Origin: Amphiscolops sp. MND2022
Taxonomy: Eukaryota
DNA length: 64,000 nucleotides
Reading direction: 5' to 3'
NCBI GenBank assembly: GCA_964187785.1
Contig: OZ076409.1
Coordinates: 11,100,001-11,164,000, forward strand
Shown: piece by piece, positions 1 through 13,603 of the stretch
How the letters are laid out: each line of letters starts with the position of its first letter
Numbering within the stretch: the first letter of the stretch is position 1
The notes under the pieces: generated by a model
The model's input: the letters and a program-made list of their open reading frames with translations, nothing else
Databases searched by the model: none
Told to the model about the DNA's origin: nothing
Translations under genes and position numbers: made by a program

Positions 1-3000
1 GCTTGAGTTGTTGAAGTATCTCTCAGCATATTTAAACATAATTGACATAAATTCATACAGTAATATTTGTAGTTTAAAACCTTGTAATTATTTCGGAACT
101 GTGCGACGGATGAACTTACTTGTTTCAAATGCCTTTTTGTCTGCTTTCAGTTATGCTGCTTCAGTTAGAGGCTGGAATTCGAATGGATGAAGTCAATAAG
201 GCACATATTCAGAAGGGCTAGAATGTCGAATAACGGGCTACTTGTCATCAAAACAAAAAGTATAAAGAAAATTAAGTCAAGCTGATGACTAAAACTGAAT
301 CATAGTAAAATACAAACAACGAAAACGTTGCTGCAAATTTATGGGTTTTATAGATTCTGTAAGTTCGAAAGATGAGTTGTTGAAACTTCGAAATGATATG
401 TTGAGCTAACTCTTTCTCATTGTTGTTTTATTTATGTGAATTAAACACAGTTAAATGATATAATAATTACGCAATTTGGGTTGGGAGAAATAAAATTTGC
501 GGGTAGTTGATTCATCCGGCATTTGGCATGCCTCGGGCAGAGAATAACCAATCGGTTGGTTGGGATATCCAATCAAGAACAGGTATGAGCAGGTATCTGA
601 TATTCCATGTCTGTTATGGACACTTCATGTCAAAAATGGAAATATGATATCTGGTGTGTTCTAAATTTAGACCCCGCGGAAAACATTCATGGAGTTTACT
701 TCGAAACAACTACTCCTCAATTGGTCCGATTCGTATGGCGCCCAGGAACAAACGCAATTGAGTGTCAGCTGAGTTATGAGAGTAAGTTGGAAAAGTTTGG
801 CGCGTGGCGGTCCGACGTAGGACCAGTAATTCCAGAAGCAGTGAAAGAGGAATAGAATATTGTAATCTATGCATTAAGCAGACGTTGAATGCTAATGTAT
901 GGATAAAAGACTATCCCGCGGCAACGGCAGTAGCGGTGGCACACTTCCCAGTAGCTGGCTAGGCACGGTTCCGCTTCTCGAGCATGGGTATCGAGGAATG
1001 GAGGAACTGGTTATGAGGAACAGAACAGAGAACAGAACTACGCAACAAAATTGGGAATGGGAAAGAAGAGTATTAGACTGGGAAATGAAGTAAGAAACCG
1101 AAACAACGTGCTGCTGTTTTCGAGGCAACCAGAATCGCTGAACTGATAGAACTAAAAAGACCTGAGTTGTTACGTCAACTTCTTGTTAAGAGAATAGCAA
1201 CAGTTTGAGTAGCTCTATCCGTGGTTGTGTTGTAGGACCACCATGGCTGGTAAGACCACCTCGCGAAAGCTGAACAACACAGAAGAACGGTGGCGGTGGC
1301 GGTGGCGGAACAGATCTATCTTACTATCTACCACCTAGCACCGTGGCAGCAATGCATTTCCTAGTGGAGCAACACAGAATCAAGTTCGAGTAGCTGGCGT
1401 TAACAGGTAGCTAATACCATATTTCTGACATCACCGCGCCAATCTCCTCCCAATGTTTCCCTTTTCTCTCTACTCAGTAGGCTTCTCGGTCTATCTTAGC
1501 TGCAGCTTCGTTAGCACTTCCATAATATACCAAGCGTAAATATATACCAATGCTGAACTACCATACCAGCGTTCGCTGTTCAACCTTCGTCTTCAATTAT
1601 GTTAACGTATGCCGTACATGTTACAACTGTTGAACGCTAAGGAAACATTTCAGCCGTGGGACGCACTTACTGTTCCCTGTGACAATTCCATTTCCTTTTC
1701 CATATTTACCATTAATGTTGCTGATATTTAGTCTCTTTCTTTCCTCGATCTGTGCTAGCTGAACTAAAGCATTAACACCCCGCTGTACACACGTTTCCTA
1801 ATATGGAAATCTGCGTTCATGCCGACGACTTAACTATTCAACCGACTTGTGCTCGTCGTGAAATGCGACTTGAAAACAGTCGTAGACTTAAGCGGGCATG
1901 TGAATATAAACGAGAGTGAACAAATTCTAATGTCTCATAGCCAAGACAAAAACTGAAGATAACAACGAAAACATAAATTGGTAGAAAACTGCCGCCGCCA
2001 ACGCAGTTACCACCGAATGATGAATACGTTGACTTTGTTGGGAAAAAACGGCAAATGTACGAATCAAAGAGAGACATAGAAGAATAGTTAGTTTGGTGAC
2101 GTCATATCTAAATAACACAAGCGGCCGTTATCCATTGTTATAAATAACAGAAATTGTGGAAATGTATATTGGCTATAAATTCAATCAACTAGAGCTATTT
2201 CCGTCTATTGGAAATTCAGAAACAAGTTACATGTTTGTCTTTTTTTAAACTGCTTTCTTTTTTAGCGAAGCGGGATAAATTTAATGATCCTACAGTAAGC
2301 ATTAATTACCAAAAAAGTTTGGCTAATTGGGCAGTCAAAAACGCGCCTTTGTTTTTTATGCCAACACATTCCAAGACCTTTTCCACACAAAGAATGATGA
2401 AAAAAGTCATTAAACGGTTGCTTCCTACGCATACACCACATTCTCAGGCAATTATTTTGTATAATGAAGATTCATAGTTTCGCCTAATAAAGTAGTTATA
2501 GGAAGCGTATAAGCTAATTTGCATTAAGGTCTGCTTTCCCCGGGACATATCGGCACACCGTTTCTAGAGTAACTTGCAATCGTTGTCAAGACAAAATCAG
2601 GTCCAAAATAGTAACTTATTTCGCTTCAGTTTCGGCAACGTGTGACTGACGTACGTTTAATGACGTCATTAAAAACGGCTATTTCGCAATTTCACTCACA
2701 CGTTTGCAATGGTCGGCGCTAACAAACCTAATTCGCACATATGTCACCATGGCGCTTTCCTAACATGTGTGGAAAACTGTCAACTTGGCAGCAGATTGAA
2801 TAAATTTGCCGCTTCGATTTATTGCGGAAGCATAAGTGAGCGAGGTTGCGGAAAAATAGACAAAGCATTACTTGTAAACAAAACTCCGCGAAGTTTCTAG
2901 AGCTTGCAACTTTGTGTTCTTTCGTGAATCAACTAATCTGAATCGCAGACTTTCTGTCTCTGTAAACTATTGCAGCAAACCTCGCTACCTCAAAAGTTCA

Positions 3001-3896
3001 AACGATCTATGTTATGGTACATTCACTGTTATACCATGTACCAGTACACTAGTGAAACGTGAACTCAAACACATTCACACGTCATGCAGATTCAAGTAAC
3101 AAGAAGACAGAAAAGCCAACTTAGCTTAGCAATTCACAGCTCACCGCAACTCTCCAGGGTGGCCTAGTCATATTACTTGCGAAAAACAACCAGTCAAAAC
3201 CGACGGGAGCTGTAACCAATGGGACCCTGGACAGAAGAATCAAACCTTTTTACTCGATGCTTTTAGTTAGGACTAAAACCGCCATATTACTTCAATACGT
3301 CATTTCTTTTTGTTCTTCACGTCAAACGTACAAAACGACGGATATGAAATTCATACCTAGTGTGAAATATCTTGAAACTCTTGCCAAGAATCTTGCAAAT
3401 TCCTTAACCAAAGCGCCAAGAGCATATACGATCTTTCAAGATCTTGCCAAGAACTTCAAGAAAAATGCCTTATTTGTTTAACCGAAACCTCTCTTGAAAA
3501 ACCAAGAAATGCCATAATCGTGTCAAGAAATCCAAGAAAACCAAAAAAATACTAAGAATCTTGAGAAGAAATCCGGGAAAACCCAAGAATAAGCGGAAAA
3601 GAAGCATAAGGTCTCAAGATTCCCGTTTACAACCTAGCTCACGATAAAAAATTCGAACACAAAAGTTCAGGAAGGAAATCCGAACACAATGGAAATAAGA
3701 TTTATAAGCATCGAACAGTCGATCAGACAGTTGTCGGATATGGTTTCCAACCGCAAACATAGTTTGAAGCCATCTCGAACCACATTTCTTATATTGAGTT
3801 CAGAGGCTCTAAGTTAGTGAAACCATATTGATTCCACGTGACAGGACCCAGGACAAGAACTTGACCTCCAAAGGGTCCCACGAAGGAAGACCAAAA

Positions 3897-4143
3897 CACA
3901 GTGATTCTAGATGTTATTCCACCGAAACAGTTATTCTAGACGTTATTGCGTCGAAATAGTGATTCTACAAATTATCCCGGCAAAATGGCGATTTTAAACG
4001 TCATTCTACCAAAATACATTGATTCTAGATTTCATTCCGCCGAAATATGTTTTGAGACGTTATTCTTCCAAAATGTAGTAATTTTAGACGTTATTCCACC
4101 AAAATACAGTGATTTTTGGCCTTATTCCAGTAAAATACAGAGT
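3897..4143 (+). repeat. Degenerate tandem minisatellite, ~29-31-bp unit, ~8 copies
   Basis: Unit resembles cagtgattctagaygttattccaccaaaata. The array resumes at 4653 (agatgttattccacc) after the inserted element. Confidence 0.8.
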
Positions 4144-4652
4144 TTTTAGTTGACGCATTTTAGTAAACAAAGAGTGCGACTAATACAGTGGCAAGGTTTT
4201 CTAATTTTTTTTCGTCAGATAACAGAATGAATGCGTTGTGGACACTTTTTGCATTTGCAGAACTACTAAACTGCGGAAACGCAACTAAGTTAGTGCAAAG
4301 GGTCTCCCCTTTCATTTATACCATTTTTAACGTAAGATACAAAATTGAAAAAGATTATAGGGACCATTAATTTAACCCATTTCTAATTTTTTCGGCACTG
4401 TGCGACTTTTTTTCGAAAATTTTTTTTGTTTGAAAAGGGTCACCCTTCAATTTTTTGAAATTCTCGTCGTAATATCCGGAGTAAAGCGCTAGATCCAAAC
4501 TTTTGACGTTACAACCGAACTATATTTCGTTTTACTTAGGAGAAGGAGGTTCGAAAACAGGAGTTTTTCATGAATTCGTCCTTCGCAAATTTTGAATTCT
4601 GCGCTTTTTGAGCCTTGGATTTAGCGCCGACTTTAGACGTTTCCGTCTTGTT
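4143..4652 (+). mobile_element. Non-autonomous Helentron/HINE-like element copy
   Basis: 5' tttttagttgacgc...gtgcgact hairpin and 3' agcgccgactt...gacgtttccgtcttgtt end. Inserted in a T-run of the minisatellite with no TSD. Confidence 0.7.
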
Positions 4653-7006
4653 AGATGTTATTCCACCAGCCTTTCCAAATCTGGGTGATTTCATGTAGAA
4701 ATCATGACAATATAACCAAAACGTTATAAAATCCTACCTATCGAGCGGCTTCAGGAAACACGGTGCCACAAAGCGTACTTAATACTACCCGGTAAGTAAG
4801 ATAAATCTGTTAGAGAAGGTTTGTTTACAGTTCTAATGTACAAAAATGGGACACGTGCAAGTTTCATACCCCAACAATGAATTCGAATTTTCCACCTCTT
4901 GAATGTTTTGATATAAACCTTGATCAGAATCTTGTCATGATTTTCAAGATTTTTTAACTGTCCAAGATAATTCAAGATCTTATCAAGGGTTTCAAAAAAT
5001 AACGGGCGTTTGCAGGAAAACCCAAGATCTTGGGAAGAGTTTCAAGATATTTTACACTGGTTTACACTAATAAGTACACTAAGATATTTTACACTAATAA
5101 GTTTTAGACCTTTGAAAATTAGGCGTTTTCTCCTAAATTTATTATTTCTTATATATAGTTTCTGTTAGAGAAAAATGTTTTCGGGCCACAATGTGGCCCT
5201 TCGTAATTTTTTGGCATTAAGAAAATTATGACAATATCATACATAGAAGCCATGCGTAGAATGTTCATATGACTTTGCGCTTTTTGAGCATCGTTTGAGC
5301 TTTGGGCGGAGCGCAGATTTGACACATTCCCGTCATTTTTTCTTCATTTCGTGAGGATTTCAATCCAGTAAGTCTAGATTTTTTATCTATTCAATTCAAA
5401 ACTCTAAAGCTGGAAAAATACCGAAGGAACAAAATTTTATCATTCGATATTTTTTGGTTTTTGCGGATGGCTCCGGAGACGATTCTGCGCTAGTTGATAA
5501 AATGCTCAATAAGATTTTTGACGGACATTTCTCAATAGACTAGATTCTCGTGCAATAATACTCACCAATGCGTTGGGGTGTTTTACCAACTGACGAACTG
5601 ATATTCGAAAAAGACGGAAAAAAACAAAAAAAACCAAAAAAGAACTTTCAAAAGGTTTCCTCTCGAAAAGCCTCTGGGCTTATAGGAAGCCTATCCAGGG
5701 GCTATTTTAATTTCATGATTGTGCTTATACGTTGGTATTTTTCTATGATTATGTATAACATATATTGTACGCAATTTATGAAACATTTATCTACAGTACC
5801 TGATAAATTCAATTTTTAATGTAATATTATTACGTAGAGACTTCCGGAAGTTACTATGCCTGGTTACGAGGCCTGGGAAACACGAGGATGCGAGTTTGAG
5901 TCCTAGACAATAATTTTTTATGCTTGCCAAAAAAAAGAAAATTCCGAAGGGTTTTTGTCCTCTTTGAGGTTTTGTACGCGAAATGCGACTTTTGTCAAAG
6001 TCAAGAATTACATACCAACGGGTGTCACGAAAAATTAGTGCCACTTTTGAAATTTTTTTTCATCGAAGATCGCATTATTTTGTTTTAATTTTGCGATTTT
6101 GATGCGCCCGCTTTCGTTTTTGCCACTGTCCAACTTTTTCTGAAAAAAAGTTTTAAAAAACTCTAAAAGTATTGGTCATTGAACTTTTTTTGTTGTTTTT
6201 GCCATGTAATTTGCTATTTATTTTTCAGTGTTGAAAAAGCGTTTTTTGAGTCAAAGGGGTGTTTTATGATGTAAAAATGAAAAGAAAGGCATTGGCGTCT
6301 TTTCGAGAAAAGCTTCACTTTCGTGGAGTGTCCTGTATCATTTTTTTGCTTTTAGAAAGTAGTCTCTCTCTCTCTCTTTACTTGGAAATGGTCTCACTCT
6401 GGACTGACAGCATTCAATCAAGTTCCTACATGCTATGTCGTCTTTGAATTTACTTTTTTTGCAAGTTGTCACAGGCTGCCGCATGTGACGGAAACCAAAG
6501 TGAAGTAGCCTCAGCAATTGCAACAACTTTCGCCTTCTCCAGTAGTTATCCACTATTGTCAGATTGACCAATGGTCCTATGAACTACAAACACTCCCATT
6601 ATACAAAAGTACCTATTCTTATTATTCACGATTTTGTACACGTTTGTTATATTCATTATATTCATGGAACTACACATATTAACTGTCATGTAAACCAGTA
6701 ATGTTTGCTGTATTTAAAATTACCAAATGTTTTGTTAAATGTTGAAAACAACTTATAAGGTAAAAGAAAACGCGTTCAAATAGAATGAAGTGCTAGTCTA
6801 TTTGACGCGCTGTACATTCATCTAATTGGCGAATTAGCTGTTAGTACTCATTTATTCGATTGGACCGTTGGTCCACAGCATGAAATCATGAACTACCAGT
6901 AAGAAAAGTAAATAGAATTCCTGTTGCAACTGTTTGATGTTACTTTTAGACTCGTGCCTCCTTCCCCCCAATCTATTTTCAAAACCAGAGTAGTGTCATG
7001 ATGCTT

Positions 7007-7380
7007 TTTTTAGTCGGCGCTTTTCGTTGAAATCGCAGACTATAGCACTGACTTTTCTTTTTTTAAAGACAATCGAAGTGACAGATATTATAAGTTTTAT
7101 AAGCTGACTTGCGCTAACACTAACTGCCACACTACTTCTACTGGCACTTGAGATAAAGGCTAATTAGGCTTTTTTGAGGTCCCGTTTCCCACTTTTCGGC
7201 ACTATGAGACTTACCGGAGACCAAAAAAAAACGAAAACCAATTTTCGAAAACACATTTGAGATTTTTTTCAATTTTTTCCTCACGCGGTGTACTGTAGAA
7301 GATAATACTTGACACTTTGAAGTCCTTTAGCTATTTTTGAGCCTTAGATATGGGCAGACTTGGGCCGTTCCCGGCTTGGT
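7007..7380 (+). mobile_element. Non-autonomous Helentron/HINE-like element copy
   Basis: Starts tttttagtcggcgctttt and ends gagccttagatatgggcagacttgggccgttcccggcttggt; same family as the copies at 4143, 11663, 13604 and 16311. Confidence 0.65.
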
Positions 7381-7482
7381 AATATTTATTCCAGTGAGAC
7401 GTCCTTGTGAATTGTGTTGTCTGGGCTGTAGTTCTATTTTAACACGATTGATTTGTTAATTCTGTTTCTCAAGGTGTGGTCT

Positions 7483-8213
7483 CTATAAATACGAGCGCTC
7501 CTAGGTCGAGGACACAACCTGAATAACTGTGATAGTGACAATTTGACACAAACTGATGGTTATTGCAATTTGATACCTTTATCCTGTTCCGTTTCTACCT
7601 TTACATTATTGATCGTTCGTTTGAATCGTTCATATGAAAATTGTAGGGTCGCTACAATAGTCTTTCCTGAGCAATTACTTATTTTCTCAAGGTTTCGCAC
7701 TAGGAAACAAAACGCCGAAGAGGCAGTCAGACGTGATGTCTGATTTAGAAAATATGGACGTAATGTTAGGTGCCTACTCAAAGTATGAAGTAGATAGTGA
7801 TAAGGAAGATAGTAATTTAGAAGTGGACCTTGAGTCCAACAGACCAAGGCGGGACATGATACAAAATAGCAAAGTATCTAGGTCGCTGTAGACACCAACA
7901 GCATAGTTAACAGTGAAAATACACTTGAAATTGCTAGACTGATATATTCTGACGTTACAAACCAAGTTTGAAGAACGTGTAATGAGCTAACAAATTATAT
8001 ATAATTAGCAGTCAAATGATTGGGTTTTGAGTCAATGTGGCCAGAATTCCAGTAGACTAAACAGGACCACCGAATTTAAAAGTCCCAACTAGGAAGATAA
8101 ACTAAAAAGAAAACTAGGAAAATCACCTTGAATCAAATTCAACTTCATGTAATCAACGTAACTATGATAGGGAAGGCTCATGGAATTCTCAAAGGGTGAA
8201 AATGACTACGACA
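7483..8213 (+). mobile_element. Decayed LTR 3' part with a Gag-leader-like pseudo-ORF (TRKQ...RQSDVMSDLENMDVMLG family)
   Basis: TATA-like ctataaatacgagc at ~7483. Frameshifted reading resembles ORF 41198..41671 and the unit at 9935. Ends ...gactacgaCA at 8213. Confidence 0.5.
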
Positions 8214-9934
8214 CTAGTAAATCTTTTTTATGGTGGAAGTGGAAAACGTTATATCCATTTTTCTTCCAAAATTTAGGCCGAATAGTTTCAAGCATTATCA
8301 GAATGACTCTAATCTTTGTCGAACTTTGCATCAATTCAATTTTCTCAACAAAGTTTAAAGAACGCATGAAACAATAAAAAAAAACGTTTTGGTCCTAATT
8401 TCTTGACGTCATGTTCGATTTATTTGATCCTCTGGTTGAATGAGTAAGGGGTTCTACTGTCAGCAACCTGGAGCGATGGTAAATTTTTAAAATGAATATT
8501 TTTTCAACTAATTTGTGTTATAACAACAATAGAATTGCCGTAAATTTGAACAATAACATTTGTTCTAATTTATATTGGATCTTGCAAAGTCCTTGCTATT
8601 TTGGATCTTGGATTGGATATGTGCAAGGACTAGTTTTCAGATAAGAGTTTTTTGTTACTTTTTTGTCAAACAGTTCAGGTCGGAAGGTGTCTGAAACATA
8701 TTCCGTTGCTTTCGCAAAGACGAAACTGAAACTAGAAGCTCAAAATGTATAAGTTCTTTTGTTTGTCGCAGGACTCTCGGAGAAAAACAATTACAACAAT
8801 TGGGCAACAAATCGCACGCGGAACTTTGCCCATCTATGGCGGCAGACCTCACTCAGCAATCGGACAAACTAAAATTTATACTTCAAGAAGTAACCTTTCC
8901 ATTTTTAATGTTGCTCATTTCATATATTATTGTTGGATTCGAATATTTAGATTAGTCTGTTAATACATTACGCTTTGAGGTATTCAAATCAAGTAGCCAA
9001 ATCTATTGAAGCTGCAATGGATGTGAATTGGATTGAAACGCTGTGATAAATAACGTGCATTTGATAAACGGAAAGGAAACGAGTACATTTGTTGAAACGT
9101 CTTTTCTCGGCAGCGTTACTTACCAGTGCTATTTCAACCAATCAGAGCGCAGTTTTCATTTACATTTTTGCTAGGCTTTGTTATGCCGGTTACGGCCAAT
9201 TAACAATATAGAAGCTGTCTCTCTAGTGACGCTAGTCAAAAGGCCGGTTCTGGCCGGTAGTTGTGTTATTTAAACAGAATGCTTTGTTCCATTAGTATTG
9301 ATGTTCGCTTAAGTAGAAAATACTATGTAGTTACTGTGATACATTTTGTGCTTAGTAATGGTAATAATGGGTAAATGCCTACCGATGCCAATTTAATGAT
9401 ATACTGACCCTTGGAACCATGTTGATAGAAATGTCAGGTCCAGATTGTGGTCTGAAGGCCCTTTTCGGCCATTATAAATAACATGTACAAATGTGATGGT
9501 GCTTAGTAAGCAATTCCAAACAAACGTTCAGTCTGCACACGCAGGCACGTGCCCGAGAAGGATTGTTTGCATTCTCGTGATTTTAAAGTGAAAAAGTTGT
9601 TTGATGTGTTTGCCGCTTATAGATATTTGAAGCGTCATCCAAATATTTGAAAAGTCATGTAATATAAACAACTGCATCCCTTTGATGCCTTGACTTAGGT
9701 CCTATGATCCGATCAAGTGCTGATTTAGGAATTTGTTATCGATGATGTTCACATGATTGGTATGTTATCTCATCTGTTAAGGTATGTAAAAAATGTGAGT
9801 GTCATGCTGAGGGGAGTATATATACTCTCATCTCCCTGAAGCTCACACAATATTCACAAACTTGTTACTGTTCAACGACTTCCAGTTTCGTTTTCAGATT
9901 AGAATAATTTATTATTTACAATCGGGATTTCTTG

Positions 9935-10506
9935 ATGCCTACCACTAGGAGGCAAAAGAAGTCTAGAAAATCTAGAGACATAGATGTGTTATCTGATATG
10001 GTAAACCTTGACATAATATTAGGAGGAAATAACCTGGAAGTTAAGAAAGTGAATCTAACAACTTTGGCAGAAGGGCCGATAGTCCGTGTTACGACACTTC
10101 AGTGAATCATAACACTAATTCTCACTCTAACTCGCGTGAAGCTGAAATTGGAACTTTTGCCCAAAATGGCCAAAGTTTGAGGGAGCCTGATTCTAACAGT
10201 GAGTTTAATAGACTGTCAGGAGAATTGAATAAAGAATCACACAAGAGATTGGTGATTTTTTTAGTACTGTAAGTTCCCAGATCCAGAGGGCCATAAATGA
10301 AGCCATAAGCGATCAGATTTTGCCTCAGATCGAAGCTACATTAAGGTCCGGACAGGGACAGTTGTCCGAAAGAAGATGGGAATTTCGGGTTAGAAGACTG
10401 GGGTTCACATCTGAAGAAGCCCTAAATCGTAGATTCAGAAGTAATTCAAGAGATGCGTTTCCTATGCTCCCAAATAGGAATAGAGACCTAGAGAGGACTC
10501 ACGACA
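9935..10506 (+). mobile_element. Decayed LTR 3' part with a Gag-leader-like pseudo-ORF (MPTTRRQKKSRKSRDIDVLSDMVNLDIILGG...)
   Basis: ATG at 9935, similar to the units at ~7690 and 41671. Ends ...actcacgaCA at 10506, followed by TGGT (possible PBS start). TATA-like gtatatata at ~9816. Confidence 0.5.
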
Positions 10507-11468
10507 TGGTTCATAAATTTTGTCAATATTGATGGTGCCTAAAATGAATTCACCTTTTGATATCAACAAAAAAGCAAGTATAAGTTGACATAAGTGAGCT
10601 AATGGAATATAAAGAGTTGAGCTTTCAAACAAAATCAAATTTTGATTACGAAGAGTTCCAACGTCAAAAATTGCGTTGAAGTTTGAATTGGGTAATTGAT
10701 GGTTTTGAGAGATGAAGGCTGTAGCAAATCCTGATGTAATGTAGTTACCTGAATGTTTTTCCTGTATTCGTTTTGTGTTTTAGCGCAATGAATGCTTTCA
10801 TGTCTTCTTTATATTTGTTCCTTTGAATCCTATGCGTCGTTTTGATGAACAAAAACACCAATTGTGATTTTATTTGGGCGCCGGAGACAAAAATGATGTC
10901 TTCATTCGGAAATAACTTTTCCATTGACTTCAGTTGTTTTCTCTGACACTTTGAGATTTCAAAGGTATATTTTGTGACGACTTTTGTCGTTGGTAGACAG
11001 ACCAAAATAAATTCGATAGAAAAACTTCCAGTTTTTTTTCTCTTTGAAAATCTTTTTTTTCCGAAAAGTTTTCAGTGCTGCTCTGTAGTTCACTGAAAGA
11101 GTTCACACTTTTCCAGGAACCTCAAATTTTTTAAAGATTGTTTTCATTTTATAACGTTGTCAGAAAATATCGGTTTTTAAGCTCAGTTCCATGGCACAGT
11201 TTCACAGGAATTCTCTAGTTATGCCGAGGGGGGGTATCTTCGGTTGATCTGAGCTTCTGCTGTAATTTTCAGAAAACGTCTAAAAGCGGTTCAATTTAAC
11301 TTTCTGGTGTGCTTTTGAAATGAGTGTTTTAGTTAAAAGATGGCGGGTAGCGGGTAGTATTTTTTATATAGGTTACCCACAACTTAAGACAAGGGGAACA
11401 AAAGATGCATTCTAATTGTCCGAAAGAGTGAAATTTATCCATTTGTTTTTGTTCTCTGGCGATTGTTT

Positions 11469-11617
11469 TCATGTCATGAGATTGACGAACTCTTGGTAAT
11501 TCAGGTATCCGTCTTTGTCCTTGTCAACTTGGGAAATGAGTACGTCAATGTCTTCTGCGTCGATGTCCTCGCCCAAATTACACATCACAAACTTCAATTC
11601 AGCCGGTGAAACAAGCC
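11469..11617 (-). CDS. Calmodulin-like protein, last coding exon (end of EF3 and EF4)
   Basis: Acceptor ttttccag, phase 1. Translates (G)LVSPAELKFVMCNLGEDIDAEDIDVLISQVDKDKDGYLNYQEFVNLMT*. Confidence 0.9.
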
Positions 11618-11662
11618 CTGGAAAAATACAACTGGCCTCAATTCGTTATAACACTTTCGCCG

Positions 11663-12349
11663 TTTTCAGTCGGCGCTTTTCTAGTGAAAAGAGCCTGACT
11701 ATTACAGTGGCTAGTTTTTAGTCGGCGCATTTTCCTTTAAGGAAAAAAGCCCGACTATTACAGTGGCTAGTTTTTTTTCCTTTTTTTTTCGTCAGACCAC
11801 AGAGCTCATCGCGTATGTACCACTTTTTACAGAAACTGATAAGTTCACTCAGGCCAAGTTCGACCAATGCAAACTTACTGCAAAGGGTCCCCCCTTTCGT
11901 TTTTTACCTTTTTTACGTAACCTACAAAACCGGAAGACTCCAAAGGGTCCCCCCCTTTCAATTTTTTTCGGCACTGTGCGAATTTTTTTTTCGAAAATTT
12001 TTAATGTCTCAAAAGAGTCCCCCCTTCGGATTTTTTGATATTTTGCAACAGAAAGTATGTTAATGAATCCCAAAGGTCCCCCCTTTCCATTTTTCGGCAC
12101 TATGCGACGTTTTAGAAGTTTTTTTCATAAAAAAAATTCAAAAAAAAATTTTTCGAAAAATTTTTCAAAATTTTTTTGTTTCCAGTCGGCAAAAGTGATT
12201 TTCCAGTCATATCGAGCATGAAAGGCACACTTTGGGTGTCTCGAAAGTGTTTTCAAAGCTTTTCATGAATACATCCTGGGCATATTTAGAAAACTCTGCG
12301 CTTTTTGAGCATTAGATATAGCGCCGACTTTGGACGTTCCCGTCTTGTT
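11663..12349 (+). mobile_element. Non-autonomous Helentron/HINE-like element (duplicated 5' end) in the calmodulin-like intron
   Basis: 5' agtcggcgcttttctagtgaaaagagcctgact hairpin, repeated at ~11720. 3' inverted motif agcgccgact, then gacgttcccgtc hairpin and ttgtt. Internal aaagggtccccc...ttttcggcact subrepeats. Confidence 0.75.
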
Positions 12350-12350
12350 T

Positions 12351-12755
12351 TCTTTTTTTCGTCAGACCACAGACCTCATCGTGTATGTACCACTTTTTAC
12401 ATAAACTACTAAGGCCAGGTCCGGCCAATGCAAACTTAGTGCAAAGATTCCCCCTTTCATTTTTTTTACTTTTTTAACGTAACCTACAAAACCGGACGAG
12501 GCCCCTCTTTCGATTTTTTTTCGGCACTGTGGGACTTTTTTCGAAAATTTTTTAATGTCCCAAAGGGTCCCCCCTTTGAGTTTCTTGTTAATTTGCAACA
12601 GAATGCATGTTTATAAATCAAAAAGGGTCCCCCTTTTACATTTTTCGGCACTGGGCGACATTTTCCGAAAGAGAAAAAATCAAAAATTCAAGTTTTTTTT
12701 CAAAAAAAAGTCTTTTGCGCTTTTTGAGCCTTAGATATAGCGCCGACTTTAGACC
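12351..12755 (+). mobile_element. Second tandem, truncated Helentron/HINE-like copy
   Basis: Repeats the ttcgtcagaccacaga...gagccttagatatagcgccgactt body of the preceding copy. Confidence 0.7.
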
Positions 12756-13603
12756 TCCAAAGAGTCCCCCTTGAATTTTATTGAAGTCCAAATGGAAGGT
12801 TACGCAAGCCCAAATTGTGACTGAAAATTTTGCTGTTTTTCAGTAAACATTGTTTAAATCCAAACAGTTTTTACTTTGGTCGCCTAATTCGATATTTCTC
12901 TCAAGGAGTAGGTACGAAGTTACAAATAAATATCGTCTCCAATCCAAACATATCCACTGGATTCGGTTAGGACACCAAAAAATCTGAACCTTTTCTGTGT
13001 TTCAAAGATAACCCAATCTTTTTCCAAAGCACGTCAAACATAGTCCAATTTTGAACGCTCTCATGATCCGTTAGGTAACACTGGAGCTAACAGAAAGGAA
13101 TGTGTATTGTTATTTTCCTCAGTTTAAGGACTCAACATGTAGTCTACGTTCAACGGCAATGTTTGTTTTCATTAGTGGGGCTCAAATACCAAAACACCCA
13201 ATCATTGAGTTTCTTTCGGAAATAACAGTTCCTTGATTGTCAATCTTGATCATCAACGAAAGGACGGACGTTTTGCTCTTTTGTGGGTTCAAAACCCAAC
13301 ATATGCGCCAAACACACCAATCGAAATCAAATATCATGTTTTTTGACCTGAGTACAATCTGTGTTTGGCTCTGCAATGTATATCTCTAGTCGAAAATATC
13401 ATTCGCTGTATCTACACCCCGAGCTTTTCTTTCGTTCTGGCATTCATTTGTTGAGATAACTTTTGCCTCACTAAGGGCTTGTCAAACTGCTATTCGTAAG
13501 ATACAACGTGTAAACTACTCAATCCAGTATTCAAATGCCACATTGAAAGAATCAACCTAACCTCTCGCTTGCCGAGAACAGTTGTCTACGTTGACTAATG
13601 TGA

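Larger units (their letters stand above)
3357..5060. mobile_element. Non-autonomous TIR DNA transposon (MITE-like) with ~35-bp imperfect terminal inverted repeats; contains a nested minisatellite and a Helentron-type insertion
   Basis: Left end ctagtgtgaaatatcttgaaactcttgccaagaatc (3357) matches the reverse complement of the right end, ccagtgtaaaatatcttgaaactcttcccaagatc (ends 5060). Many subterminal caaga/tcttg repeats. No clear TSD. Confidence 0.7.

Noticed and set aside
546..1700. Coding-like, GC-richer segment including ORFs 607..855 and 899..1093
   Set aside because: Probably a decayed repeat-derived sequence; no family could be recognised by eye.
11763..12598. ORFs rich in KGPP/FF (also 16238-16643)
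   Set aside because: Translations of non-coding Helentron-like subrepeats.
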